From NCBI RefSeq assembly GCF_009914755.1, contig NC_060926.1: a stretch of DNA of 64,000 nt; one strand, written 5' to 3'. The notes below the pieces were generated by a model. It saw only the letters and a list, made by a program, of their open reading frames with translations, was not told where the DNA came from and made no database searches. Source of the stretch: the human T2T-CHM13v2.0 reference genome, Homo sapiens. Below, in pieces: positions 14,431 through 27,710 of the stretch (position 1 is the stretch's first letter; each line of letters begins with the position of its first letter). The position numbers and the translations under genes were made by a program.

Positions 14431-15459
14431 TTACAATTTGGCATGTTTCTGCAGTGGCTGGTACCGGCTGTTCCTTTCCAAGTTTAGTGCTTCCTTCAGG
14501 AGCTCTTGTAAGGCAGGCCTGGTGGTGACAAAATCTCTCAGCATTTGCTTGTCTGTAAAGGATTTTATTTCTCCTTCACTTATGAAGCTTAGTTTGGTTG
14601 GATATGAAATTCTGGGTTGAAAATTCTTTTCTTTAAGAATGTTGAATATTGGCCCCCACTCTCTTCTGGCTTGTAGGGTTTCTGCTGAGAGATCCTCTGT
14701 TAGTCTGATGGGCTTTCCTTTGTGTGTAACCCAACCTTTCTCTCTGGCTGCCCTTAACACTTTTTCCTTCACTTCAACCTTGGTGAATCTGACAATTATG
14801 TGTCTTGGGGTTGGTCTTCTCGAGGAGCTTCTTTGTGGTGTTCTCTGTATTTCCTGAATTTGAATGTTGGCCTGCCTTGCTAGGTTGGGGAAGTTCTCCT
14901 GGATAATATCCTGAAGAGTGTTTTCCAACTTGGTTCCAGTCTCCCCGTCACTTTAAGGTATACCGCTCAAATGCAGATTTGGTCTTTTCTCATAGTCCTA
15001 TATTTCTTGGAGGCTTTATTAGTTTCTTTTCATTCTTTTTTCTCTAACCTTGTCTTCTTGCTTTATTTCATTAACTTGATCTTCAATCACTGATATCCTT
15101 TCTTCTGCTTGATCGAATCAGCTATTGAAGCTTGTGTGTGCTTCACACAGTTCTCATACTATGGGTTTTCAGCTGCATCAGGTCATTTAAGGTCTTCTCT
15201 ACACTGGTTATTCTAGTTAGCCATTCGTCTAACCTTTTTTCAAGGTTTTTAGCTTCCTTGTGATGCATTAGAACATGCTTCTTTAGCTCAGAGAAGTTTG
15301 TTATTACTGACCTTCTGAAGCCTACTTCTCCATCAACTCATCAAAGTCATTCTCCATCTAGTTTTGTTCCTTTGCTGGCAAGGAGTTGTGTTCCTTTGGA
15401 GGAGAAGAGGCATTCTGGTTTTTGAAATTTTCAGCCTTTCTGCTCTGGTTTCTCCCCAT
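14431..15459 (-). pseudogene. L1 ORF1p remnant (disrupted)
   Basis: Start MGRNQSRKAENFKNQ. The C-terminal 165 aa are open (ENTLQDIIQENFPNLARQANIQIQEIQRTP...ALNLERNSRYQPLQKHAKL), but there is no continuous frame. Confidence 0.93.
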
Positions 15460-16475
15460 CTTTGTGGTTTTATCTACCTTCAGTCTTTGATGTTGGTGAC
15501 CTATAGATGGGGTTTTGGTGTAGATATCCTTTCTGTTGATGTTGATGCTATTCCTTTTCTCTCTGTTAGTTTTCCTTCTAACAGACTGGCCCCTCAGCTG
15601 CATGTCTGTTGGAGTTTGCTGGAGGTCCGCTCCAGACCCTGTTTGCCTGGGTATCACCAGGGGAGGCTGCAGAACAGCAAATATTGCTGCCTGATCATTC
15701 CTCTGGAAGCTTCATCCCAGAGGTGCACCCACCTGTATGAGGTGTCTGTCAGCCCCTACTGGGAGGTGTCTCCCAGTCAGGCTACTGGGGGTCAGGGGCC
15801 CACTTGATGAGGCAGTCTGTCTGTTATTGGAGCTCAAACGCCATGCTGGGAGAACCACTGCTCTCTTCAGAGCTGTCAGGCAGGGATGTTTATGTCTGGA
15901 GAAGCTGTCTGCTGCCTTTTGTTCAGATATGCCCTGCCCTCAGAGGTGGAATCTAGAGAGGCAGTAGGACTTGTTGAGCTGCGGTGGGCTCTGCCTAATT
16001 CGAGCTTCCCTGCTGCTTTGTTTACGCTGTGAGCATAGAACCACCTACTCAAGCCTCAGCAATGGTGGACGCCCCTCCCCTCCCAAACTTCAGCATCCCA
16101 GGTTGATCTCAGACTGCTGTGCTAGCAGTGAGCAAGGCTTCGTGGGTGTGGGACCCACCAAGCCAGGCATGGGAATCTCCTGGTCTGGTGGTTGCAAAGA
16201 CTGTGGGAAAAGTGCAGTATTTGGACAGGATTGTACTGCTTCTCCAGGTACAGTCACTCACGGCTTCCCTTGGCTAGGAAAGGGAAATCCTCCGACCCCT
16301 TGTGCTTCCCGGGTGAGGCAACGCCCTGCCCTGCTTCAACTTGCCCTCTGTGGGCTGCACCCACTGTCCAACCTGTCCCAGTGAGATGAACCAGGTACCT
16401 CAGTTGGAAATGCAGAAATCACCTGTCTTCTATGTCAATCTCGCTGGGAGCTGTGGACTGGAGCAGTTCCTGTTT

Positions 16476-16485
16476 GGCCATCTTG
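16476..16485 (-). promoter_or_regulatory. YY1 site of the L1 5'UTR sense promoter
   Basis: CAAGATGGCC 13-22 nt from the L1 5' end, the canonical position. Confidence 0.75.
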
Positions 16486-16786
16486 GAAGCAACCCCCTGT
16501 CCCCTCTTCTTAAAGGGGAGATTGCATTAGGATCCTCAACATGGCTGAGCACTGCATCATCCATCCTCCCTGGCCTTCTTCTTTGCATTCCCCGCAGCTG
16601 GAGCTTTCAGACAAAGCTTAGGATACGCACCCTTTCCTGGAAAGGATATGTCCATTTGCATGGTCAGTCTCAAGGTAAAAGCTGTTTGCATGGCTTAAGT
16701 ATGGGTCACACACAAACTATAGCTTCTGTTCTGGCAAAGATACACAGTTTTTGCTTTGCACAGAAGAGATATTCACTTTGAGAAGG

Positions 16787-16794
16787 GTGTGTGC

Positions 16795-16827
<33 letters not shown>

Positions 16828-16832
16828 TGTGT
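16787..16832. repeat. (TG)n microsatellite, interrupted
   Basis: Visible GT run. Confidence 0.9.
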
Positions 16833-17514
16833 AGTGAGGGAGCCCAGTCTGGGTCTCCTGGACATCTGACCACCACTGGGCTTCACTTGGCACATCTGGC
16901 ACATGCATGGGGCCTCAGCTTTCTGAAGAAAACACAACCTATGAGAAGAGAAAGTTAATTAGGGACAAAGGTTTAGTTAACTAACAGAGCCTGAGGGAAG
17001 AGCTACTCAGGATATAATATGGTGTGTGTCACTTGGATTGTCCTCAAGCAGAAAACTGACATCATTACCGCCATGATGGACAGAAGGAGCTCTGCTCTGT
17101 TGCCCTGATTGCAAAGTGTGAGGTTGATGGGATGAGGTAGGCCTTCTTCTTGCTTGAGCCCTGCTGGTCAGCTTGGCTGTACAGAGGGCTGGACCTGGAG
17201 GTTCCTGGCCTTCCCATGGCCCCTATGAGAAGCTGGCATGTGGGTCACCCTCACGGTGGTGCCTGGAAAAGGTGACACTGCGGCAGGTGGGGGGAGGGAG
17301 GAGAAAAAGGACGTAGGTCATGAGATACGTGACAGGGTATCCTGCAGTATTTCCAAGACACTCTCTGGGGACCTTGAGAAATAACACCAGGGTGAGATGG
17401 GCATTGCAGGGAACTGAGGATGTCCCTGTAGAGCTGGAAACAAAGCCTGTGAAATGCAGATGCTATGTTAACACCTGGAGAAACAGGCTACATGTGAAAT
17501 AGGTTAGTAAACTT

Positions 17515-17732
17515 AGGTAAGGTGCAGATAGACCTGTGTTCAAATCCTACCCTGCCATTTGGAGCTCTGTGATTATGAGGTTCTTAACCTCCCATGCTTT
17601 AGTTTCTTCAGCATAAAAATGAGGGAAAATAATCTGTCCTTGCAGTGTTGTTTTGAGATTTTGAGGTAATGAATTTTAGGAGCATAGCATAGCATAGCAG
17701 CTTCAATGAATGTGGCTATTCTTATCATTATT
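17515..17732 (+). mobile_element. MIR
   Basis: AGACCTGTGTTCAAATCCTACCCTGCCA...CTTAACCTC...AGTTTCTTCA..TAAAAATGAGG...CAATGAATGTGGCTATT. Confidence 0.8.
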
Positions 17733-18293
17733 TGTGCTGCATTTGACACCAAACAGCAAAGGCAGTATGTGGTTTATGTCTGAATTCCTGATACATGGCA
17801 CAGTACTTGACCAAACTCACCTTTATTCACTCACATGTATGGATGAATACCTAAGCATAGAGCAGTTGGTAAATAGGAAGGTCCTGATGTCTTTATGGAG
17901 GTACTTTCCTAGCAGCTGGGGAGCTGGGAAGTGTGTTCCTTCCCTTTCCCCAGGGGACCCTCCATTTGGGCCTCTGGCCTGCTGCCCAGGGCTCTGGCAG
18001 TGTGCTGCTGCTCAGAGCTGTGGCACACTGGGCAGACATTCTTACTCTGGTGTTTTCAACTGTGCCACTGATTCACAGGAGCCGCAAATGTCTTTCGGAG
18101 TATTTTCAGAATCCCTGGATCCATAACTTCATTTTACCTGTCTGGATCTAATTGGTTTAGCTTGAAAGAATCTTCTGAGGTTTCTTTTTTGTTTAGCCAC
18201 ATTCATTGTACAGAAGGAGTCAAATGAGACCAATCATCAAAGCACTCTCAAAGCCTGTGGACAAAGCTGGGTTAGACTGCGTGCATGCATATT

Positions 18294-18320
<27 letters not shown>
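18294..18320. repeat. (TG)n microsatellite
   Basis: Visible GT run. Confidence 0.9.
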
Positions 18321-18324
<4 letters not shown>

Positions 18325-20499
18325 TTGTGAAGGGGGTTGGGGTGAGTTTGCTGAAAGGAGAACTGCCATGGCCATTGACATTCTTGCATTTTCCACAAGC
18401 CCACTGGGGCCTCAATTCCCAAGCTCTCAAAATCCAACCAGATGGAGAACCATGATCCAGAATTTGTGATTGCTGCCAGATATTTGTCCTTTAAAAAGCA
18501 TCCTCCAACAAAATGCAGCCCCCCCATAAAGATGCATTCACACAGTGCTGTGTCCTTATGCACCCCTACATATGCTCATCCCAATACATCTCTAGAAGTC
18601 CTGGAAATACTGTTTATGTCTTTTTTATGAAATAAGCTAAAACATTAGTAATATGCTCAAATTTTTATCTGATCAGCAATATTTAATATGCTATTTTTAA
18701 GTTTAGAATAGAATACATTGGACATGACAAATATGATTAGATTTAGTGATGTCATCTTTTTTTTCAGACTATAGAAAAACTGATGAAGCAGGGAAGATAC
18801 TGCCTCTTAACATACATTCTGTCTCTAGAGTTCCCTGCAATTGTTTTGAAGTCTTTATATCTCCATCAACGCATAGGTGGTGCCCTTTTTCAAGACATTG
18901 GATTGTAATTTGACATCCTCATGTTATTTAAGGCTAAGTGCACTAGCACTTTATCTACTGGAGAGAAAAAAATGAATTAAAATCTAAAATTATCTATGAA
19001 AGGCAAGAGTCATTTTGCAGGGACTTTGCTCTGTGACCATCAGATGAAAACTGATGACATAAGCCTGCATATGCTAATGCTTTGATTCAATGAAGCACAG
19101 ACAATTTTTGAGTCTGTTTACTTTTTTTTTTTACAATGGTGAAAAAAATAAGGTGTTATTTAATTTTTGAAGAAGCAGTAAATGCAATCTTACCGAAAGA
19201 TGCACTTCCTGTGTAATTCTCAGGGAGGGTGCCAATATCCCCTGTCCCCAAGAGGCAGCATTTTTTGGGAGATGAGGTCCATCAGCAAAGTCACTCATTT
19301 ACTGACCTGTGTTAGACCCAGGGCTGGGAGTTGGGGACACCCAGTTTCTGCCCCAAAGGGGGACGGTGTAGTTAGGAGAGCCAGACAAAGGAGCCATTCA
19401 TCATGGTCCGTGCAATAAACAAGAAGGGAGATTGCACAGCAGCGTGCAGCAGGATTCTAATCAGGGCCACTGTCAAAGCAGGAACAAATCCTGTCTCCAG
19501 AGGCTTAAGGTTTCCTCTCAGCCTCAAGAGCTTCAATGTCCCGACAAAGAAAATGAGGATTACAATCTAGTTTAAAAGTGGAATCTAGGAAAATAGATTT
19601 TTCTAAAAGGAAATCATGCATCTTATCAGATAAAGGTATTTAGAGCGAGGTGGCTCCAGTGAAGAGATGTTTGGTTAAATATCACAGACATAAGTATGTC
19701 TCAGAAACCAAGCATCTTTTTCTACACACCAATGGACTTGGTTTCCTCTATTGCTATGACTGTTATCCTTGTCTGAAGGCCTCTAAACATTATTCATATC
19801 TTTCTTCTAACAGCATATAGTCCAGCTAATTAGCGATTAGGTAGTGGCAGAGACAGGGGAAACATATTTTATTCCTAATTACATGTTTGATCCTTCTGAG
19901 ACACTCCAGCAAAGAGAAATACCTTCTTCGTGCAGACATGGGGTTGCATTGCTTTTTTCCTTTCTTTCTTTCTTTTCTAATTTCCAGCCATATCCTAGGA
20001 CCATTTTCTGCTGGGCTCCTGCCAAGCTACAGTTATTCCTATGGAAATCATGTCTGCTGTTTAAATCTTCACCCTAGGCTTTGAGTGTCTCCTGTCTAAA
20101 CTTCATCTTCTGATATCAGGGCTTCTAGGTGCTATACAATGTCTAGGGTTAAGTTCTGAAGATTCCAGGGGTGGTTATCTGGAAAACATCCTTTGTCAAA
20201 TCAATGGCATGGGGAACTTTAACCTCAAACTCTAAAGACCTCCTGACTCAATGATTTACAAACGGATTCAACAAGGGCTACATCTGGCAGTGGCTATCCT
20301 GGGGTCTGTTGGTGGGAAGTCTTCACCATCAAAGGTAATAGGACCCAGCGAGCTTCCTTCTCGCTGGATCAAGAAGAGGCTAAGGAGGAGTTAGAGAAGA
20401 AGAAGACAATGTTCCCTTGTCCTGCCCTGGAATCCCAGATCCAGGAATCTCTTTAAAGCACTAAATGTGTCATTTAAGGGACATCATCAATGGATAACT

Positions 20500-20980
20500 T
20501 TATTTAAAAATCACATATTGTGTGCCTAACATGTTTCAAACACACTGACAGGCCAGCAAATATTAAAGTGAGTTGTACATGGTCTTGATCTGGAGGATCA
20601 CATGGGAAGAAATGATTGTAAGGGAATGCACCACCATTTTACATGAGATATTCATTGGCTGCAAGGGAAATACATAGGGAGGGAAAATGCTTTCTGGGGA
20701 GTTTCAGAAATTGTCATTGCAGAGGTGAGTTTTGCATGAGGATATTGCTTGACTGGGATTTGGAAGATCATATGTTAATAGTTTGGGGAGATTTTTAAGC
20801 TTGAAAAGGGAAAAGCAGTGGGCAATGAAGAGGTCCCAGGGTTTATGGGGGGCACAGGGAGAAGTGGGGGTCAGGAGATGTGGCTGGAGAAGAAGGCAGG
20901 GTCACGGCACAAAGGACATCAAATGCCAAGTTGCAGAGCCTGAGCTTCATTCTGAAGGTGATGGAAAGTCCTCAAGGGAA
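20500..20980 (-). mobile_element. L2 fragment
   Basis: CACATATTGTGTGCCTAACATGT...AAATGCCAAGTTGCAGAGCCTGAGCTTCATTCTGAAGGTGATGGAAAG, antisense L2 3' region. Confidence 0.6.
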
Positions 20981-22519
20981 ACAAAGGCAAAGCAAGGCTT
21001 TCCTTTCACCACTGTAAGAAGTCACTTGGACTTTCTGCTCCATGGAGGGCCACAAATGAGCCGCTCCTCAGCCCCGAGCAGGGCACAATGAGCAGGTGGC
21101 TCTGCAGAACCCACAGCTTTACTTTCTCAGCCTCAGGACACATGGTGCCCTGGCTGAGGAATGCCTGCACTGTGAGTAGAGCTGTGATACAGGGGACTTG
21201 GCCTTGGGATAGAAATGTCACGGGCATATGGAAATCACATCCGCAAGCATCACCCTTTTCAGCAGCTCAGGCGAGTTTTCTGGGCCAGTTTCTTGGTCTT
21301 GATTCAATTTACAATTTCAGGACATGGGACGTATATTACAATCCTGGGATTTAAATGAAACCTTTAAAAGGGTAATAAAAATAATGAGCCTGTTTCTAGC
21401 CTTTCCTAGTGAATTTCATTCAGCGGAACTCCTCAATATTGGATTCAGGAGAGCCAAGTGAACTCATTATGAAGTACCTCACTCAAGATTTACTTCCAGT
21501 TTTCATCTTATGTTTAGAAGCATACAAGGCTTTTGGTTAAAATATGTCCTAACTCAAGTTTGGAGTGCACACCTGTCTCTACCTGCTGCCCCACACCTGT
21601 CGGCATCTACTCTCTTGGGTGTGCTCTGTGTTGAATACTGGCCTGGGAACTTGCTCATCAGTTGGATTCAGGGGTTCAGGACCACTTGGTAAATGGAGGG
21701 AGTACGATCCTGGGGGACATTGGAACCTGAGAGAAATGGCCCTGCCACTTTCCAGCCAGCTGCATGCTGCTGGGCCAGGTGTTTCTTAACTGTGAGCTAG
21801 AGTTTTGAGCAAACTGGGGCTATTATACCAAACTCTCCTGATGCGAGGGTGAGAGAGAATGGGAGAACGTCTGCAATACCACCTAATAGATTAATTATGG
21901 AATACTGTTTCCCTTGCTCCCTACCCCACACTCGGTGACTGCAGATTTCCTGCCTGTTTCTTCTGGCATGGAAGCTTGTCATTTTGCTCTAAGTGAGTCA
22001 GTAGAGATGGAAGAAGGATACACTTGAGGAGAGAACTGTGTCAGCTTTACTGATGAGAGGTTCTTATACACTGGGCTAATTGAATTCTCTCTCTCAAACT
22101 TCACTGAAATCCTGACATTAAAAAGTGCTCAACCATCAAAGTGGATCAGAATTGTCCCCGTGGAAGCCATGTACCTTCTGGATTCAAATACAGATGTTGT
22201 CCAATGAAGTTAAGGGTTGAAATATAGATACCAGCCTGGTAAAGCCAAGTGAGGGAAAGGACAAAGGTGGAATTTGGCTTGTAAATGTAACTGGGAGTGA
22301 GCCACCTCCCACTCCTACCTTGACTAAGGTGAAATTGGCTGTCTCCAAGGGTGATCAGGAGGACTTTGGTGCAGACTGACTGAGCAATCAAGGGTGAATA
22401 TATGAGATGCTTAAAATGAGATTCGTTTCTGGTTTTGAGCCCAGTACTGCACACCAGACTGATATATGCCTCTTAAACCTTCTTCTTCCCGGCAGTCTCT
22501 CCCCATCCAAACTGTCAGT

Positions 22520-22900
22520 CAGGAAACAGAGATACCCTGTGCTTTCCAAGAAAGAAAGGGTGTTCATACAGGGAAGCAGTGGCTTATAGAACCACTGGAC
22601 GGCTGGGAGATCCAGTCAGGGAGGCCACACCAAGGCCTGCAGCCTGCAGCAATGAAGATGGGCCTCCTGGGAAGTGTGCTTGGCCCCTGTTTGAACCACT
22701 CCTTCCACACATTTTCCGGCGGGCACTGTCTTCTCTCAACTTTCCATGCCTCTCTAAAGTCGCTCTCCCTTTCATCTGGAACCCAGAACCAGCAGGAGAA
22801 AGGGGACCTGGGAAATGCAGTTCCTGGTTCCTCTCCTGCAATGCAGAGGCCTGAGAAGATCTGTGAAAATGGTCTCTCTCCACTCTCACAGGGCACTTCT
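22520..22900. mobile_element. Old ERVL LTR (LTR33-like)
   Basis: ATACAGGGAAGCAGTGGCTTATAGAACCACTGGA...GGGGACCTGGGAAATGCAGTTCC resembles LTR33; diverged. Confidence 0.45.
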
Positions 22901-22904
22901 GACA

Positions 22905-23611
22905 CTGCATGTACGGTTTTTTCCCTCACACTGACTGATTCTCTGATGCCATCTGGGTGTCCTACTATTTAATTGAATTCTAACTCCATTTACCTGGAGT
23001 TAGTATCAGATCCTGCAAGGTAAGTCTCAGTCCTGCAAGACCACAGTCCCTTCCCATGCCAGTGGCAAATCTGGTCCTCCCGTGCGGTGGACTGACTGGC
23101 TGTAAATCGGAAATTCCCACCACCGACCCCCTCCTCAGGTTTGATAATTTGCTAGGATGGCTCAAAGAACTCAGGGAAACAGTTTACTTGTGTTTATGGG
23201 TTTATTATAAAACATACCACAAAGCAGAGAGATGATGGGAGAGCTGCAGAGGGCGAGGGATGGTGGGGGCTTCTGTGCACCTCCACGTGTTCAGCAGCCT
23301 GGAAGCTCATCAAGTCTCATTGTTCAAGAGCTTTTATAGAGCTTCATCTCCAGCTCACCCCAGCCCCCAGAGGTCAGTGGGTGGGGACGAAAGTTCCAAC
23401 TCTCGAATCACTTGGTCTTTCTGGTGACCAGTCCCATCCAGAGGCTATCTTGGGGCCCCAACCTCAGTCATCTCATAAGTATAAACTCAGGTATGACCAA
23501 AAGGGACTCATTATGAATATCAAAGGATACACCTGTCACTCAGGAACTTCCAAGTGTTTTAGGAGCTCTTTATCAGGGACAAAGACCAAATATATTTCCT
23601 ATCATACTACA
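22905..23611 (-). mobile_element. MER21 (MER21C-like) LTR
   Basis: Minus-strand start TGTAGTATGATAGGAAATATATTTGGTCTTTGTCCC; internal CCTCAGGTTTGATAATTTGCTAGGATGGCTCAAAGAACTCAGG. Confidence 0.85.
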
Positions 23612-24131
23612 GAAGGGGTCATGGTCATGCCAATGCCATGGTCATGACCTACGGCCCAGTGCATGGCCCAGCACATGCTTGGGGACTCTAGCAACAATCG
23701 GAAGGGATCGCTTCAACAGGCAGCCGCCTGTTCAAAGTCTCTCCACTGTTTATCTCAGAAAGTACAGCGGTAAGAGCTTCTGCAACGGTCTTCAGTCTCA
23801 CCTCCCACCATGGCCTCTTGAACTTGCCTCTTCCGTGAGTTTGCATATACCTTGCAGCCTTCCTCCCCGACCCCTCTGCAACCCTGCCTGGAGGATTTCC
23901 CTTTATTCACACACTTCCTTTTCCCTATACTAGTTTTAAAAAATGCTGCTTAGTCTTCATGGAGAACTCAAATGCCACCTCAAGCTTGGAGTAATTGCAT
24001 TGTAACGTAATAAGCAATTTTTTTTATTATTGCAATCAGAAATGATTTCTATTCCTTATGAAGCCCAACAGTACTTATTGTGCAAGCATACATATGGGAG
24101 CCACTTCTCCTCTAACCTTGGAGACTCATGA

Positions 24132-24443
<312 letters not shown>

Positions 24444-25816
24444 TTCATGATTTAATAGAAACTTTTTAATACTACTGTGTTTCTAAACTTTGAGGCTATG
24501 AGTTAAATCGTTCAGAATAAAATTATTCAATGTTTGAGTTTGAACTGTTTTTAGAAAGCCTGATAAGAAATCCCCCTCTCTTCAGAAAAGCACTGAATGT
24601 TCCGATGAAATAGTAGACACCAAAAGAAAATCATGCAGATTGGTTAAATGGCATATACAGTTATAGATATAGGCAAGAGTGTAATGCAGTTATTCTGAAT
24701 TACATTTTACTGAACTGAGAAATCTAAGATGCCATTCATAGTATCTTCAATGTCTACGTGTATATTGTTTTATTTTAAGGACCACGTAGTATTTCTGAAC
24801 GCTTTTATAGATTCACTTCCAATGACTATGCCCTAAGTCAATTTTACTCATGAGTTCCTAGGTTTCTTAATGGGAAGACTTCTTTCTTGCGGTTCTCAGA
24901 AGTAGAATTCTCCCGAATGAGGGGTGTACATATGTACATCGCAAGTGCAAAGTGACACTGAGTTTGGAGGCGCACTCACATCCATGATCCCAAAGCCTCT
25001 GGGCCCCTATTTGACAATGTCACACATGGTGTCCACCCATGGGAATAAAGCGTCCCTGTGAAACATTCATCAACTGAGCCTTCCTGTACACTTGACTCAC
25101 AGTGATAACTTGGCTATGGAACAAAAGTGGAAGTTTCTATTCTCCAGATTACCTTTTGGGTGAATCAAGCTAGTGCAAAATTATAGCTTTAAAACATATA
25201 TAAATGAAAAGAAGGAAAGTGCTGAGAAAAATGTCTTTGAGAATCTATCAGGTCCAAACTGTTTGAAGAGCTGGTAGATTCTAACGCTGTATCCATTGGA
25301 CCAGCCAGCCTAGAGGCTTGGATACGATTGTTATGGACATCCTCCGAAACCGTGGATGAGACTTCATCATATATACAAACATATATAAATATATACACAT
25401 TGCATAATGCACATATTCTAGAATGTCCTTCCACACAGAATTGATTAATTTTAGACAAGTCATTCCATCCAAGTCTGCTTATTCTCCTAAACTAGGACCA
25501 GTGTGGGAAATACTAAATTAGTAAGCGATCCAAAATAAGACCCCAAATTTCCTACCTCTCACCTCATGGCTGTCTATATGAAGTTAATTTTTTTTCCTTT
25601 CTTCAGATACGGAGGTGGAAAAGCCTGGCAGTTTTGTGAAGTGCGACATATGGTAGAATCTAGTATCTAGATTGAGAATACATAGTTACTTTCAGGCAGA
25701 CCCTCTGGGGTAAACTTGAATCTCTCAGGGTCTCAATTTCTTTAACAATGCAGATGTAGCCTCTCAGGGTCATTGTGTGAGAATCAAAGGGATAAACTTA
25801 GTGACATAAACTGTGT

Positions 25817-26106
<290 letters not shown>

Positions 26107-27111
26107 ATAAACTGTGTTTTATATAGCTTCCACAGTTATATATTTGGTAACTCAAGATTTAATCTTGAGCTTCAGTTAAACTACCTTCCTCTGTTTCTTG
26201 GTTGAAACAACTGACTCCCCTCCCTCTCTTCTCCTTGTAGGACAGGTGAGGGATACATGAAGCTAAAACCCCGAGTAACATCTGATTCCCTTTGGAAGTC
26301 ACGATCACTGTCAGCATCAAATTATGTATCTGACAGACCTCATGGACACTCTCCTTATTGAGAAGTTGGTAAATGTCAAAAAGTAACTACTAAAATAATT
26401 GAAAATAAGAGCAAATCTGAGTTTCTTGGCATGCTCCACAGTTCTGTTTGCATTACTGATCTTGGAGATCATCTTTAATAGGATGGCTCTGTATTGGGAA
26501 TTCTCAACTTCTCTCCCTTATCTCAGGGACAATTCAAGCCCTGTAATTGAAGTTCCAAGAAAATTAAAGTCATTCATCTCTTTTTATCTCTAATGTAAAA
26601 AATATAGAAATACTGTAACTTTTACGGAATAACCCCCACAACTGCACAAAATTATAATAATTGTCTCTGTTTGTCTTCATTTAACCAGCTGGGAAGATAA
26701 TCTGGTGAACACAGCAATTTTCTAAATTCAGAGATAGTTAATTCATGAGAACAGCTGTTGCCCAATCAAACCCCAGTGCTTCTTTATTTCATATGAAAAA
26801 CCAAACTAAGTGCAGGCTGCCACACAGCCCAGGAGTGCAATAGGGGTCTGCTCTTCTGAAACAACAGCCCATTTTTCCCTTGCAGTGAATCACTTTTTTG
26901 TTGTTTCCTGGAAAGTTCCACTAGATAAAGAAAATCTGAGGTTTGGGTTCACCAGGAAAAGATGTATGATAGAGTTTTGGAAGACAGCCCTGTCACTTTC
27001 TTGTACAACGTCATGGGCTTATTCAGGAAGAAATTCCCAAGCAATCATGGTAGCTCACATGACTGTGTTTCAAAAATGTTTCAACTTAAGTTTATTTAAA
27101 ATGGTGTTGTT

Positions 27112-27114
<3 letters not shown>

Positions 27115-27161
<47 letters not shown>
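27115..27161. repeat. (TG)23 microsatellite
   Basis: Perfect TG run. Confidence 0.97.
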
Positions 27162-27162
<1 letters not shown>

Positions 27163-27290
27163 AGGGAGGACCTGGAGAATCTTAAAATGTAGAATTCTGG
27201 GTTTTTGCCTCTTAGATTCTGAATCTGTCGATCTGGGTGGAGCCGGGGAAGCTGCATTTTTGTCTGTGCTCACCAGGTGATTCTGATGCA
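27163..27290. mobile_element. MER5A fragment
   Basis: AGATTCTGAATCTGTCGATCTGGGTGGAGCC...CTGCATTTTT...CCAGGTGATTCTGATGCA. Confidence 0.7.
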
Positions 27291-27369
27291 ACTTCTGTTG
27301 CACCTGCTTCTCCCCATGCGCACCTGTTAAGCTGCAGATTCCCTGCTCTGCTGTCTACTTTTGGGCACT

Positions 27370-27710
27370 CCAGCTTCTTTATGTCTCAGGGAGGTTTTGC
27401 TTGGCTCTGCCCTTTGCCTAGAATGCTCCCAGCTCTTCACATGGCTGGTTCCTTGTCAACATGTGGGTTTTACCTCAAATGGCACCTTGTCACAGAAGCC
27501 TTTCCAACTCACTTTCATTAAGTAGCCTCCCCTCAACTCACTCTGGCTCCTGCTGGCTTTGTTTCCTCCTCAGGTGTCAGCACTGTGTGTCCTCTTGTTT
27601 CTAGACTGTAACCGCCATGAGAATGGGATCTCATTGCTCTCACTACCAAATGTGCCTGGCATATATCAGGAACCTTGTCAATGTTTGATAATGGAAATGT
27701 GAATAAATGA
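27370..27710 (+). mobile_element. L2 3' fragment
   Basis: TTTGCCTAGAATGCTCCC...CTAGACTGTAACCGCCATGAG...GTGCCTGGCATATA...TGAATAAATGAA. Confidence 0.7.

Noticed and set aside
22466-22972. 168-aa ORF and overlapping antisense ORFs
   Set aside because: Lies in LTR-like sequence, has no recognisable domain, and is open in several frames, typical of chance in GC-richer DNA.
25285-25331. Possible pre-miRNA hairpin (GTATCCA...TGGATAC)
   Set aside because: The stem is too short and interrupted for a Drosha substrate; compatible with chance.
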